Shown: positions 1 through 10,119, counted from the first letter of the stretch. The stretch: 64,000 nucleotides of DNA from Chthonomonadaceae bacterium (GCA_035650735.1 DASRGZ010000059.1:1-64000); one strand, 5' to 3'. Translations and numbers: made by a program. Notes: a model not told the origin generated them from the letters alone.

Positions 1-302
1 GCCGAGAGGCTCTCGACCTGAAAGCCTCCGCCGGCGGGAAGCAGAGTAGGAGGTGTCATGCTCTGCTTTACTGGTTCACCTTGCCGACGGTTTCAGCGTC
101 ACCAAATCGTCGGGAGAGCCACTCCTACAAGGCGTTTGACAACGCAGAATACTTAACAGTTTTTAAATTAGGGAAAATGCCTCCCTCCTGATGTCGGAAC
201 AATGCCCGCCGCCGCCGCGTCTTATCTGTGAGCGTCCCTGCCGCTGCTTTCGGCAGGGTTATTTCTCATCACAGCAAGCGTGCAATCCAGAGGGAGGCAT
301 CC

Positions 303-872
303 ATGGCGCTTTCGGACCTTGTATTGAAGGCGAAGGTCAATATGGCCCTGGCGCGCGATCCGCGCGTGGGCGTCCTGGATATCGGCGTTACGGCCAACAA
401 CGGCATCATCACCCTGACCGGGGATGTGGATGATCCGCAACAGTGCGAGGTGGCGGCCCAGATCGCGCAGAGCGTGCCGGGCGTCCAGGGCGTGCAGAAC
501 GAGTTGACCTGCGGGATCGGGCAGACGGAAGATACAGCGGAAATGGTCAAGGAGCGGTTCCTGGCGAAGCTGGATGAAGAGTGGGAGGCCCTGCCGGATC
601 GGACCGCGCTGACGCAAGCGGACTACCTGCGCTGGGCGCTGTGGCTGATTTACAAATTCCATATCCCGGCCAGCCTGCATGTAGAGGATGTGGAGGCGCT
701 GGAGGCGGAGGCGACAGAGGAGGCATTGGAGAAGGTCTCCGGCCATGTGGGCGTGCCGAAGGCGCTGCTGGCGCTGGAGATGTTGCGCCAGGCGGAAGAC
801 GTAGCCGAATCGCCCTATTCGGATGTGCCGGAACCGGAGACGACCACGCTGGCGACAAGCCCGTTATCGTAG
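303..872 (+). CDS. BON-domain protein with an acidic helical C-terminal extension
   Basis: ATG at 303 after AGGGAGG; SDLVLKAKVNMAL...IGVTANNGIITLTGDV...AQSVPGVQGVQNEL is a typical BON domain. Confidence 0.8.
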   Translation: MALSDLVLKAKVNMALARDPRVGVLDIGVTANNGIITLTGDVDDPQQCEVAAQIAQSVPGVQGVQNELTCGIGQTEDTAEMVKERFLAKLDEEWEALPDRTALTQADYLRWALWLIYKFHIPASLHVEDVEALEAEATEEALEKVSGHVGVPKALLALEMLRQAEDVAESPYSDVPEPETTTLATSPLS

Positions 873-965
873 TGCGATGATCTCCTCGTCTGGCTTCTGT
901 TTCCGCCGGTTATTCGAGAGCGCGCCGCCCTTTTCGGCGGCGCGCTGCCGTTCTGGGAGAATAGG

Positions 966-1544
966 TCAGAGGTTGCGCATGATGATGCCCAGACTGCGGG
1001 AGTCGAGCTTGTTGATGTCGGGAAACTCAAAGCGGTTGCCATCCACGTCGGTAAGGATGATGCGCGAGGCGGAAAGCTCCTGAATGTTATCGCGCATATT
1101 GCGGACGATGAGTTCCTTCTCGCCACGGTCGGTTTCGACGCGCCAGTAGACGGTGCCGAACTCCTCCTTGACGCTGAGCACGCGCTCCACCACCGGCACG
1201 AAGTAGCGCTTGTCCAGTTCCTCTTCCATCACGCGGCGGGAGTCCGGGTCGAGCTGGCCGGGGTCCACGATCAGGCCGATATCCTTGCCCGCCCCATCCA
1301 GAAAGCCCATGTAGTGGTCCGGGTCGGAAAGAGGGAAGGCGCGCGCCACGGAAACCTTCGTCCACGACCGCTCGTTCTCCCAGGTCAGGCGGGTGACGCC
1401 CGCGACCCGGAAGAGACGGATGCGTTTGGGGTCGAAAATGCGCAGTTCAAAGGTGGCCGGGTCCGTCGGCAGAGGCGGCGGGATTTCGGACACGACAGAC
1501 TTCTCCGCCTGGTGGTCGCCGTTCTTGTTTCCGTTTCTTTCCAT
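966..1544 (-). CDS. DUF1854-family protein
   Basis: RAFPLSDPDHY, ELDKRYFVPVVERV, WRVETDRG and LTDVDGNRFE motifs; lies downstream of the ABC transporter this family usually accompanies. Confidence 0.85.
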   Translation of the reverse strand: MERNGNKNGDHQAEKSVVSEIPPPLPTDPATFELRIFDPKRIRLFRVAGVTRLTWENERSWTKVSVARAFPLSDPDHYMGFLDGAGKDIGLIVDPGQLDPDSRRVMEEELDKRYFVPVVERVLSVKEEFGTVYWRVETDRGEKELIVRNMRDNIQELSASRIILTDVDGNRFEFPDINKLDSRSLGIIMRNL

Positions 1545-1654
1545 TGTTGATGCTCGTTTATACTCTTCAGGATGTCCCAGGACGCGGCAGGATAGCGCTG
1601 GGACAGTGAAACAATCAAAGGAGGGACGGCATTTACAGAGGTTCTATAGTGACC

Positions 1655-1735
1655 GGTAGACACCCCCAATCGTGTGGATACATCTCAAAAGCGTGCGCTC
1701 CATGAGAAGCGTCAACACGGTTGGGAGGGATTACC
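1655..1735. mobile_element. 81-bp MITE, copy 1, with IS1-like ends
   Basis: Ends GGTAGACAC...GGGATTACC (imperfect inverted repeats); flanked by the 8-bp direct repeat TAGTGACC (1647-1654 and 1736-1743). Confidence 0.85.
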
Positions 1736-1971
1736 TAGTGACCAGGCCGCCATCGGTAACTTGTAGCCGGACATCAGAGCCATCCAGCAGAGACATTCCT
1801 ATGAGCGGTTCGCTGCCCATCGCAAGCACATCTATGTCTCGTTCTGAGCCATCCCAGAGTACCACTGCTCTATAAACATCAAGCAGGATGCGGCTGCCAT
1901 CGGCGAGGGCCGCTGGCATTGGATGCGCAAAAGGCAGCGAGAGAGCCGATACTATTGCAGGCGGTTAGGTA

Positions 1972-2053
1972 GGTAGACACTCCCAGCCGTGTGGATCAAT
2001 CTCACGCAGCCTGCTGCTGAGGAGATACGTCCACACCGTTGGGAGGGATTACC
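1972..2053. mobile_element. 82-bp MITE, copy 2
   Basis: Same ends as copy 1, ~24-bp imperfect terminal inverted repeats; flanked by the 8-bp direct repeat GTTAGGTA (1964-1971 and 2054-2061). Confidence 0.85.
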
Positions 2054-2173
2054 GTTAGGTAGGGAAGCCAGTAAAACCTGTATCGAGAACGGCTTCTATC
2101 TCGCTTTCTTGTCCACTCGGATTCCGTAAAGTAAGCCGAAGGACAGGCCGACGCTTGGTAACGATACCGGTTA

Positions 2174-2446
2174 TCATCGTTTGGTTGGTTCCAACCGTCC
2201 GCCGAACGTGTGAACGGCGTCGTAGCCGATCCGCATCATATAGAGGGCGTGGCCTGGATGCTTTGCCATAGCGCGGCGGCTCGCGGCGATCTCATCGGCA
2301 TCCATCTCATATTCGCCCGTTTCGATGTCTATGACCAGGATTTTCCCGATGTTCTCGTCTGTTTCGACTTTGGCGCGGATGTTCTGGTCATAGAGTTCTT
2401 CTGCGCGCTTTTGGATCTCTTCATTGCTAAATCGTGGGTGAGACAT
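2174..2446 (-). CDS. Small conserved protein coupled to the clan AA protease gene
   Basis: AGGAGG RBS; IRAKVETDENIGKILVIDIETGEYE...RIGYDAV; stop overlaps the protease ATG (ATGA); paralog at 42261-42533. Confidence 0.75.
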   Translation of the reverse strand: MSHPRFSNEEIQKRAEELYDQNIRAKVETDENIGKILVIDIETGEYEMDADEIAASRRAMAKHPGHALYMMRIGYDAVHTFGGRLEPTKR

Positions 2447-2537
2447 TATTCCCACCTCCTACAAAGTTATCCACATAGACATATGAGTGTCTGCCGTTGT
2501 TCAGAAACCTTAGGTACAAGCAGTTCCGGCCGCGGCC

Positions 2538-4937
2538 TTATACGGCGCGGATTTTGTTGACCTCGTTCTGGATTTTGACCAGGTTGGCGTAGACGCCATC
2601 CTGCTCCATCAGTTCATCGTGGGTGCCGCACTCGACCATCTTGCCCTCCTTCATCACGACCAGGCGGCTGGCATGGCGCAGGGTGCTGAGGCGGTGGGCG
2701 ATGGCGAAGGTGGTGCGCCCTTCGACGAGGCGCGCGATGGCCTCCTGGATCTGCTTCTCCGTTTCGGTATCCACGCTGGCGGTAGCCTCGTCGAGGATGA
2801 GGATTTTGGGATCGTGGAGGATGGCGCGCGCGATGGAGATACGCTGGCGCTCGCCGCCGGAGAGCCGCTGGCCTCGATCCCCGACCTGAGCATCGTAGCC
2901 GTCCGGGAACTTCATGATGAACTCATGGCAGTTGGCGGCTTTGGCCGCCCGCATGATCTCCTCAATGGTGGCATCTGGCTTGGCGTAGGCGATATTGTCC
3001 CGGATGGTGCCGGGGAAGAGGAACGGCTCCTGCAGGACGATGCCAAGCTGACGGCGGAAGTCGTCCTGCTTGATCTTGCGGATGTCCACGCCGTCTACCT
3101 TAATGCAGCCTTCGGTCACGTCGTAGAAGCGGGCCAGCAGATTGATGATGGTGGACTTGCCCGCGCCGCTATGGCCTACCAGGCCGATCATTTCGCCCGG
3201 TTCGACCTTGAGGTTGAAATCCTCCAGAACGCGCCGGGCCTTATCGTAGGTGAAAGAGACATCCTCAAACTCGACCGCGCCCTGCATCTGCGGCATGGGC
3301 ACGGCCTTGCTCGACTCCTTGATGTCCGGCTCCGTGTCCAGCACCTCGAAGACGCGCTCCGCCGCCGTCATCGAGCGGGTAGACCAGTCCATCACGCGGC
3401 TGAAGTTCATGAAGGGTGTGTAGAACTGGCCCAGGTAGCCGATGAAGGCAGTCAGGGTGCCGATGGTCATCCCTTCCACTCGATGCATCACTTTGTAGCC
3501 GCCATAGAGCCAGATGATGTAGTAGCCCAGGCTCATCAGAATGTTCATCAGCGGCCAGTAGGTGGCCCACATGGCATTGGCGGAATAGCTGGCTTCAAAG
3601 ACCTGGCGGTTGCTGTTGCGGAAGTTGGTATTCTCGCGCCTCTCCTGCGCGAAGGCCTTGACGACGCGCATACCGTTGAGCGTGCTGCCGAGCGCGGAGT
3701 ACATCTTGCTGATGCGGTGCCAGACGTGACGCCACTTCTTGTGCGCGCGCGGCATGAACCATTTGGTCAGGGCAAAGATGAACGGGGCGGGCGTCAGCAG
3801 CAGCAGCGCCAACTCCCAGTTCATTCGGAACAGGACGACGCCGATGCCGACGAGGGTGAGGGTGTTGGTGACAAACCAGGGGATGCCGTCGGTCAGGAAG
3901 TCCCAGAGTTGGTCGGAGTCGTTGGTGATGCGGGACATGACCGAGCCGATGCTGCGCTTGTCGTAGTAGCCGAGCGAAAGCTGAGTGAACTTATTGTAGA
4001 GGCAGACGCGGATGTCCATCAGCACGCGCGCGCCGAGGAAGGCGTTCAGGCGCCGCTGCATGTACTGGAACACGGCGGCCAGCAGGCGCAGACCAGCCAG
4101 CATGACCACCAGGGTAAACAGCGGCGTCATGGAGTGCGTCGGGTTCAGGCGCGGATTGGTCAGCAGGTCCACGATGCGCCCGCCGATATAGGGCGGGGCG
4201 AGCTCGATGGCGGTCAGGCAGAGCATGATAATCACGCTGCCCGCCGCCGGAACTTTGAACGGCGCGAGGAACTGGAACAGCCGCAGCATGACCGCGCGCT
4301 TGTTGACGCAGGCCGGGCAGACCTCGCTATCCTCCGGCAGCACGCGCTTGCAGCGGGGACAGTGCTTCTTCTTTTCCTCGATCTGCTCCTGTTTGGGCGG
4401 CTGGCCCTTCGCCAGGGCGTTAAGCTGGCGCGCGACCGCGTTGGCCTCTGCGATAGTGGCGTGGGAAAAGCGCACCAGCGGGATGGTCTCGGTGTCGGTG
4501 CGCACTTCCAGCAGGCCGTTGCCGACGTGGACCTCGGCTTTGGCCTCTTTGATGCGCTCGACGGGCACGGCCAGGCGCAGATGGGCGCGCTCGCCTCCGT
4601 TGGGGCTGAAGACGTAGACCTGCTCCTGGTCCACGACCAGCCACTCTGGGCCGAAGACGCCTTCCGCGTTGATGTCGGTCGCAAAGGCGATGGGCTTCTC
4701 GGCGATATTCAGGACTGTGCCCTCTGTCTCCTCCGCGTCAGTCTGCCCGTCCGGGACAGGCCCGCCGTCCCGCATGGCGACGACGGCCTCGGCAGGCTGT
4801 GGGAGAGCGGTGGGGTTGTTGTCGGTGGAGGTGAGTGGAGTGTCGGTGTGGCCGTTGGCCGGTTGGGTCTGGGTTCGTTCGCGCAGTTCGCGCAGGCTGT
4901 TTTCAACGGGTTCGGGAAGCGTTTCAAGCAGTGCCAT
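2538..4937 (-). CDS. ABC exporter (fused TMD+NBD) with a long N-terminal extension and CxxC...CxxC knuckle
   Basis: Walker A GHSGAGKS, signature LSGGERQR, Walker B ILILDEAT, H-loop AHRLST, several TM helices; CPRC...CPAC precedes the TMD. Confidence 0.93.
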   Translation of the reverse strand: MALLETLPEPVENSLRELRERTQTQPANGHTDTPLTSTDNNPTALPQPAEAVVAMRDGGPVPDGQTDAEETEGTVLNIAEKPIAFATDINAEGVFGPEWLVVDQEQVYVFSPNGGERAHLRLAVPVERIKEAKAEVHVGNGLLEVRTDTETIPLVRFSHATIAEANAVARQLNALAKGQPPKQEQIEEKKKHCPRCKRVLPEDSEVCPACVNKRAVMLRLFQFLAPFKVPAAGSVIIMLCLTAIELAPPYIGGRIVDLLTNPRLNPTHSMTPLFTLVVMLAGLRLLAAVFQYMQRRLNAFLGARVLMDIRVCLYNKFTQLSLGYYDKRSIGSVMSRITNDSDQLWDFLTDGIPWFVTNTLTLVGIGVVLFRMNWELALLLLTPAPFIFALTKWFMPRAHKKWRHVWHRISKMYSALGSTLNGMRVVKAFAQERRENTNFRNSNRQVFEASYSANAMWATYWPLMNILMSLGYYIIWLYGGYKVMHRVEGMTIGTLTAFIGYLGQFYTPFMNFSRVMDWSTRSMTAAERVFEVLDTEPDIKESSKAVPMPQMQGAVEFEDVSFTYDKARRVLEDFNLKVEPGEMIGLVGHSGAGKSTIINLLARFYDVTEGCIKVDGVDIRKIKQDDFRRQLGIVLQEPFLFPGTIRDNIAYAKPDATIEEIMRAAKAANCHEFIMKFPDGYDAQVGDRGQRLSGGERQRISIARAILHDPKILILDEATASVDTETEKQIQEAIARLVEGRTTFAIAHRLSTLRHASRLVVMKEGKMVECGTHDELMEQDGVYANLVKIQNEVNKIRAV

Positions 4938-5388
4938 AGCCGTGGTGCCTCTCCGTTCTGGCCCGGTCTACGTCAACCAGGTCGCTGTCACGTAGGGTGT
5001 CCGTGCTTGCCGGGATGGTTCCTGCGGCATACATCCGAATATCCCTGTCCGAGAATCAGGGAGTTCAGGCAGGCAGGAAAAGCGCCGCCGAGTCAATAAA
5101 AGGATACCGTAATGGCCTCAAGGGATTATGTGCGGCGCGGGGTCACTGCCAATTACAAGGAACAGGACACGTTAAGTAGTAAGTAGTATACCCGAAATAG
5201 ATGCAAGGACGTATACCGTTTTTTGCCTGGAAGCAGATTAATAGTCCGTCCCTCCCGCCAGACGGGAACCGCCTGGAAATGTTCCGCCAATAAAGGCAAA
5301 ACAGGCGGGCGCGGCGCGAAATAAACAGAGGGTCACTGGGATTGGGTGACAGGTAGGCGCCTGCCACCGCCGAAACGGAGGAAACGCC

Positions 5389-6810
5389 ATGCTGAAAAGC
5401 TGCGACACGATGGTCGCGCTGGGAAACGCGACGGCCAACGGCCAGACTCTCTTCGCCAAAAACAGCGACCGGCCCGCCAACGAGTGCCAGCCGCTGGTGC
5501 TGCACAAGCGGCGCGCGCATCCTCCGGGCACACTGACGCAGTGCCAGTTTGTCGAGTTGCCGGAGGTCAGCACGACCTATCGCCATATCGGTTCGCGTCC
5601 CTGCTGGTGCTGGGGCTATGAGCACGGCTTCAATGAGCACCAGGTCGCCATCGGCAATGAGGGGCTGCACTCCCGGTTCTCCTTTGATGAGCCGAAGCTG
5701 ATCGGCATGGAGCTGGTGCGGCTGGGCCTGGAGCGGGCGCGCACGGCGGCGGAGGCGGTCGAGGTGATGACCGACCTCATCACGCGCTATGGGCAGGGCG
5801 CCTTTAAAGACGCCCCATTGGATGGCAAGTACGACAACGGCTATCTCGTCGCCGACCCGCATGAGGCGTATGTGATCGAGACTGCGGGGCATCAGTGGGC
5901 GGTCAAGCGGGTGGAGGAAACCGTCGGCATCAGCAACGTCTACTCGCTGGGAACCGATTGGGACAGGCTTTCGCCGGAGGCGGAGCAGGTCGCCGCCGCG
6001 CGGGGCTGGCGGCAGCCGGAGCAGGGACGTCTGCATTTTGCCGCGACGTTCAGCGAGGAGGGCTTCCGTTGGGACGGGGTGGCCCAGGCCCTTGACTTGT
6101 TGGTTAACGAAGTGCGCAGACACGGGGTTCTTCGGGCGGTGGACGAAATCAGGGAGGAAATTCAGGAACTTGCCCTGTTGGGCAGCGGAGCGCGGAGACG
6201 AGCGCGCTCTTGCGCGGTGCTGGCGCAGAAGGAAGGCGCGATTGACGCCGCGACGATGATGGCCTTGTTGAGCGATCACGCGACGGGCACGAAACCCACC
6301 GAGCCGTTCCAGACGCAGCTTGGCGCTCCCGGAGGCATCTGCATCCACTATGACGATGAAAAGACGGGCACCAATACCGCCGCAAGTCTGGTCGCCGACC
6401 TGTGCGCGGACGGCTCCCGGCTGCCGGTCTATTGGTGCAGCTTCTACTCGCCCTGCCTGGGCGTGTTCCTGCCCATTTTCCTGGAGGGAGACCTGCCGCC
6501 CATCCTCTCTGTCGGCGGCGCGGAACCCGATGCGGAGAGTCCCTGGTGGCAGTTCCGCCGCCTGAGTCGGGCCGTGCGGGCCAGGCCGGAGGAGCGCGTG
6601 GGCACGGTGCGGCAGGAGTGGGCGGAGATGCAGGGGCGTCTGCTGAGGTCGGCGTATGATGTGGCGGCGGAGGGCCGTCGTCTGATAGACGCGGGCCGCG
6701 AAGAGGCCGCAGGCCGCCTCGTGGCGGATTACATGAACGAGAACGTAACGGAAATGCGCGCCCGGATTTCCCGGATGCTGAAAGAGTTTGCGCTCACGCC
6801 GGGGACGTGA
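5389..6810 (+). CDS. C69-family dipeptidase (secernin-like Ntn hydrolase)
   Basis: N-terminal SCDTMV nucleophile Cys, FAKNSDRPANECQ, WGYEHGFNEHQVAIGNE, GMELVRLGLER. Confidence 0.88.
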   Translation: MLKSCDTMVALGNATANGQTLFAKNSDRPANECQPLVLHKRRAHPPGTLTQCQFVELPEVSTTYRHIGSRPCWCWGYEHGFNEHQVAIGNEGLHSRFSFDEPKLIGMELVRLGLERARTAAEAVEVMTDLITRYGQGAFKDAPLDGKYDNGYLVADPHEAYVIETAGHQWAVKRVEETVGISNVYSLGTDWDRLSPEAEQVAAARGWRQPEQGRLHFAATFSEEGFRWDGVAQALDLLVNEVRRHGVLRAVDEIREEIQELALLGSGARRRARSCAVLAQKEGAIDAATMMALLSDHATGTKPTEPFQTQLGAPGGICIHYDDEKTGTNTAASLVADLCADGSRLPVYWCSFYSPCLGVFLPIFLEGDLPPILSVGGAEPDAESPWWQFRRLSRAVRARPEERVGTVRQEWAEMQGRLLRSAYDVAAEGRRLIDAGREEAAGRLVADYMNENVTEMRARISRMLKEFALTPGT

Positions 6811-6841
6811 GCACCAGCACAGGAGGATTTTAAGTCAACTA

Positions 6842-7669
6842 ATGAAGGCAACACTCTTAGGGACGGCTTCGGGGCTACCGGCGAGCGACCGGTTCGGACA
6901 GACGATTGTGCTGACGCCGGAGGACGAGGCCGATTCCTTTTTTATTCTGGATTCCGGCGACGGCGCAAGCTCGCTGCTGATGCGGCACGGCTTCGACCAC
7001 CGCAATCTGCGAGGTATCTTCATCTCGCACATGCACGCCGACCATCACGGCGGCTTCGCGCAAGTCGTCAAGACCTGCATGCATCTGAACAAGGCCGATG
7101 ATCTGGTGGTGCTGGCCCCAGAGGAGGGGATCGCTCCGCTCAGGGCCTATCTCGACGCCAGCTATCTGTTCCCGCAATTGCTGGGCTTTCCGATACGCTG
7201 GGTTTCCCTGGCGGAGTGCGTCGGGCAGAGAATCGCGCTGCCGGGCGGGATCGCGCTGGAGGTCTATCCGAACGCGCACCTGGCCTGGTTTCGGGAGCGC
7301 GTCGGCCAGATGGACGCGCCGCCGCGCCCCTGTACGTTTGAGAGCTATAGCGCCGTCTTCGCGCAGAACGGGCATCGCGTGATCTACTCCGGCAACCTGC
7401 ACGGGCCGAAAGGCTCGGACGAGATGGAGCCGTTCGTTGAGCCGTGCGACCTGCTGATCGCCGAGCTGGCCCATGTAGACCCGGTGGAGCTGGGTCGGTT
7501 TCTGGCAGGACGGGCCGTCCGGCATACGGTGGTGACGCACTTCCATCCCAAGTGGAACGGCGTTCCCGACGCCGACATTCTGGCCCTCATTCGGCAGGGA
7601 GCCGGGGAAACCGGCCTGCGCGGCGAGGTGTCCCTGGCGCGAGACGGCCATACCTTCGCCTGTAGGTGA
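6842..7669 (+). CDS. MBL-fold metallo-hydrolase (RNase Z-like)
   Basis: LLGTASG, ILDSGDG, SHMHADH metal motif, THF. Confidence 0.85.
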   Translation: MKATLLGTASGLPASDRFGQTIVLTPEDEADSFFILDSGDGASSLLMRHGFDHRNLRGIFISHMHADHHGGFAQVVKTCMHLNKADDLVVLAPEEGIAPLRAYLDASYLFPQLLGFPIRWVSLAECVGQRIALPGGIALEVYPNAHLAWFRERVGQMDAPPRPCTFESYSAVFAQNGHRVIYSGNLHGPKGSDEMEPFVEPCDLLIAELAHVDPVELGRFLAGRAVRHTVVTHFHPKWNGVPDADILALIRQGAGETGLRGEVSLARDGHTFACR

Positions 7670-7735
7670 CGCTGTAGTCCGCGTTTTGCTCTCTTCGTAG
7701 TGGCGGTTAAGGCAAGCAGGATAAAGAGGATACAG

Positions 7736-8866
7736 ATGAAAGCTATCAACCGTCGCAGTTTCCTGGGCCTGTTGAGCGCCGGATGGCTTGCGTTCCGTTC
7801 CGGCAGGACGCACGCACAGCCGCAGCAGCTAGACGCGCAGGCTTCTCCCGACAAGCGCCCTCCTGAAGAGACGAGGCAGCCGAAGAAACCGCCGCTAGAA
7901 GGGGCCGTCTGGGCAGCGGATACCGAGAACGAGTTGGAAGAAACCTACTTCTGGGCATCGGACCAGCAGGCGCTTTTCCTTCAGCATGTGCCGGAAAGTC
8001 TCTACTTCCAGGCTCTGCTGGTAGACGCAGGCAGCGGAAGGAAGACCCTGCCAGAAGCCTTCAACGCCCGATTCAGTGCTTTGTTGACGGCGAAAATTAT
8101 GCATGTCCGCTTTGCAGACGACCCAAATCGCCACGAGACCCATTACCTGCCTCCCAAATGCGCTCTATCGCCGGATGGAAAGTGGCTCGTCTGGTTAAGC
8201 CAGAATCAAAAATGGATTGCTGCCAGGCTTGACGCCGCCGACAAGGTCGAATGGCCGCGCGCCGGAAAGACCGTTCCTGGTTTTGCGTTATGGATGTTCG
8301 ATAGCCGGCATTGGGTGGAATGTGTTGAAGACTACCATAACGATGCCTTTACTATCCCACGCGCCATCTTCCATGACCTGGAAGCCCCAAGGGCTAATCA
8401 GACCGTGCAATTTACCGGGCTGCCGGACGGTCTCCCGCTGGGAATTACCCACGACAACCATGTACTTCTCTACAAACAAGACTTCGCGGATAGAACAACG
8501 AGGAAGGTTAAGCCGCAAGTGGATTTTTACGAGGCCAGCTTGGACGGCGAATCGGCGTCTGTCCGCGACTATTCGATTTCCTGGCCGCAGTCTATGCGCG
8601 TATGGGACATGGCGCTGTCGCGTCAGGGCGACCGATTAGCCTGGAGACTCATGCCTGATGACCTGGAGCGTGCCACCTGTGAAATCTGGACGAGCGATCT
8701 GAGGGGAGAAGCGAGGCGTAAAATCGGCCAGGTGAAGAATCTAACAAGGCTAACAGGAGACCGTTCCATTCGATCTCCCTTTCCGGTCAAGCTGCGCTGG
8801 CTGCCTGACGGTAAGCGCTTGAGTTTCCTCTACGATAACGCGCTCTGGACGGTGCCGGTGGATTGA
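7736..8866 (+). CDS. Tat-exported TolB-like beta-propeller protein
   Basis: NRRSFL twin-arginine signal; LSPDGKWL and WLPDGKRL repeats. Confidence 0.7.
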   Translation: MKAINRRSFLGLLSAGWLAFRSGRTHAQPQQLDAQASPDKRPPEETRQPKKPPLEGAVWAADTENELEETYFWASDQQALFLQHVPESLYFQALLVDAGSGRKTLPEAFNARFSALLTAKIMHVRFADDPNRHETHYLPPKCALSPDGKWLVWLSQNQKWIAARLDAADKVEWPRAGKTVPGFALWMFDSRHWVECVEDYHNDAFTIPRAIFHDLEAPRANQTVQFTGLPDGLPLGITHDNHVLLYKQDFADRTTRKVKPQVDFYEASLDGESASVRDYSISWPQSMRVWDMALSRQGDRLAWRLMPDDLERATCEIWTSDLRGEARRKIGQVKNLTRLTGDRSIRSPFPVKLRWLPDGKRLSFLYDNALWTVPVD

Positions 8867-8921
8867 GGGGCAGGCGGTGTGCCTTGAGAGGATTCTGACA
8901 GGGAATGAGGAGGACGTAAGG

Positions 8922-10058
8922 GTGAACGAGGCTGGGAAGGTGCGCGTTGGGATTATTGGGCCAAGCTGGTGGGTGGACTATTGGCATCTGCCCGCCATTC
9001 AGAACCACCCGAACGCCATTATCACGGGGGTCTGCGGCGAGAGGCCGCGCGGCGCGGCGGAGGTGAAGGCGAAATACGGCGCGGCGGCTGAGCCGTATAC
9101 GGATATGGAACAGATGCTGGACCGCGCGCCGCTCGATGGCGTCATCGTCTGCACGCCCAACGACCTGCACTACCCGGCGACGATGGCGGCGCTGCGGCGC
9201 GGCCTGCATGTCACCTGCGAAAAGCCGGTGGCGCTGAATGCTGCGCAGGCGCGGGAGATGATGGAGACCGCCCAGGCCAAAGGGCTGATCGGCATGACCA
9301 ACTTTCCCTATCGCGGCAACCCCGCGGTGCAGGCGCTGCGGCGGCTGGTCGCGGAGGGCTATGTCGGCACGCCGCTGCACATGCACGGCCTCTATCATGG
9401 CGGATTCGGGCTGGGACGGCCCCCCGGCTGGCGCGGGCTGCGGGAGCGCAGCGGCGCGGGCATCCTGGGTGATCTTGGCTCGCACCTGATCGATCTGGCG
9501 CGCTTTGCCAGCGGCGATGAGTTCCAGGCCGTCTGCGCCAGTTCCCTGACCGTTCTCTGGGACCAGAACGCCGACAGGCAGCCGACGCCGGTGCCGACGG
9601 AAGATCCGCGCGTCGGCCCCCGCAACGACGACGCCTGCGCGTTCCTGGCCGAGTTTGCCAGCGGCATGCAGGGCGTGTTCCATACAAGCTGGGTGGCCTA
9701 TCAGGGCGCGCTGCGGCAGCGCCAGGAGATCGAGGTCTACGGCACCGAGGGACGGCTGCACTGGACGGCGACCTTCGCCGGAACCCTCCTGCGCGGCCTG
9801 AAGGTGGGAGCGCCCCACTGGGAGACGATCCCGGTAGAAGGCACCGTTCAGCCCGGCCAGATGCCGGAGGAGAACGAGGACTACTTCCGTCCCGGACGCC
9901 TGGATGCCACGAACACGACCTATCGCTGGATCGAGGCCATCCGCACCGGGCAGCGCGCCATCTCGCCCGACCTGGAGGACGGCTGGCGGTCACAGCAGGT
10001 CATTGACGCCGTGCTTCGGGCGAGCGCCGAGCGCCGCTGGGTGGCGGTGGGCGGATAA
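8922..10058 (+). CDS. Gfo/Idh/MocA-family oxidoreductase
   Basis: VGIIG Rossmann start, VCTPNDLH, CEKP, GILGDLGSHLID. Confidence 0.92.
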   Translation: MNEAGKVRVGIIGPSWWVDYWHLPAIQNHPNAIITGVCGERPRGAAEVKAKYGAAAEPYTDMEQMLDRAPLDGVIVCTPNDLHYPATMAALRRGLHVTCEKPVALNAAQAREMMETAQAKGLIGMTNFPYRGNPAVQALRRLVAEGYVGTPLHMHGLYHGGFGLGRPPGWRGLRERSGAGILGDLGSHLIDLARFASGDEFQAVCASSLTVLWDQNADRQPTPVPTEDPRVGPRNDDACAFLAEFASGMQGVFHTSWVAYQGALRQRQEIEVYGTEGRLHWTATFAGTLLRGLKVGAPHWETIPVEGTVQPGQMPEENEDYFRPGRLDATNTTYRWIEAIRTGQRAISPDLEDGWRSQQVIDAVLRASAERRWVAVGG

Positions 10059-10119
10059 AGCCCTCACCTCTATTCCGGCAGGGTTTAGCCTGCCGGGTTT
10101 TAGAAAGGTTCTGAACGCA

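Larger units (their letters stand above)
1633..2177 (-). pseudogene. Clan AA (retropepsin-like) aspartic protease pseudogene disrupted by two MITEs and a nonsense codon
   Basis: MITGIV...EAVLDTGFTGF from ATG 2177; removing both insertions restores one frame through PPAIVSALSLPF...LADGS...PLIGMSLL...GGLVTIEPL*. Confidence 0.85.

Noticed and set aside
2619..5099. 826-aa ORF on + strand
   Set aside because: Antisense shadow of the ABC transporter, typical of high-GC DNA; no motifs.
4938..5388. Riboswitch or tRNA in the long ABC/dipeptidase intergenic region
   Set aside because: No recognisable aptamer consensus or cloverleaf; consistent with divergent promoters.
6075..6180. Possible in-frame insertion in the C69 dipeptidase (somewhat AT-richer helical segment)
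   Set aside because: No terminal repeats or intein motifs, and it cannot be established without an alignment.
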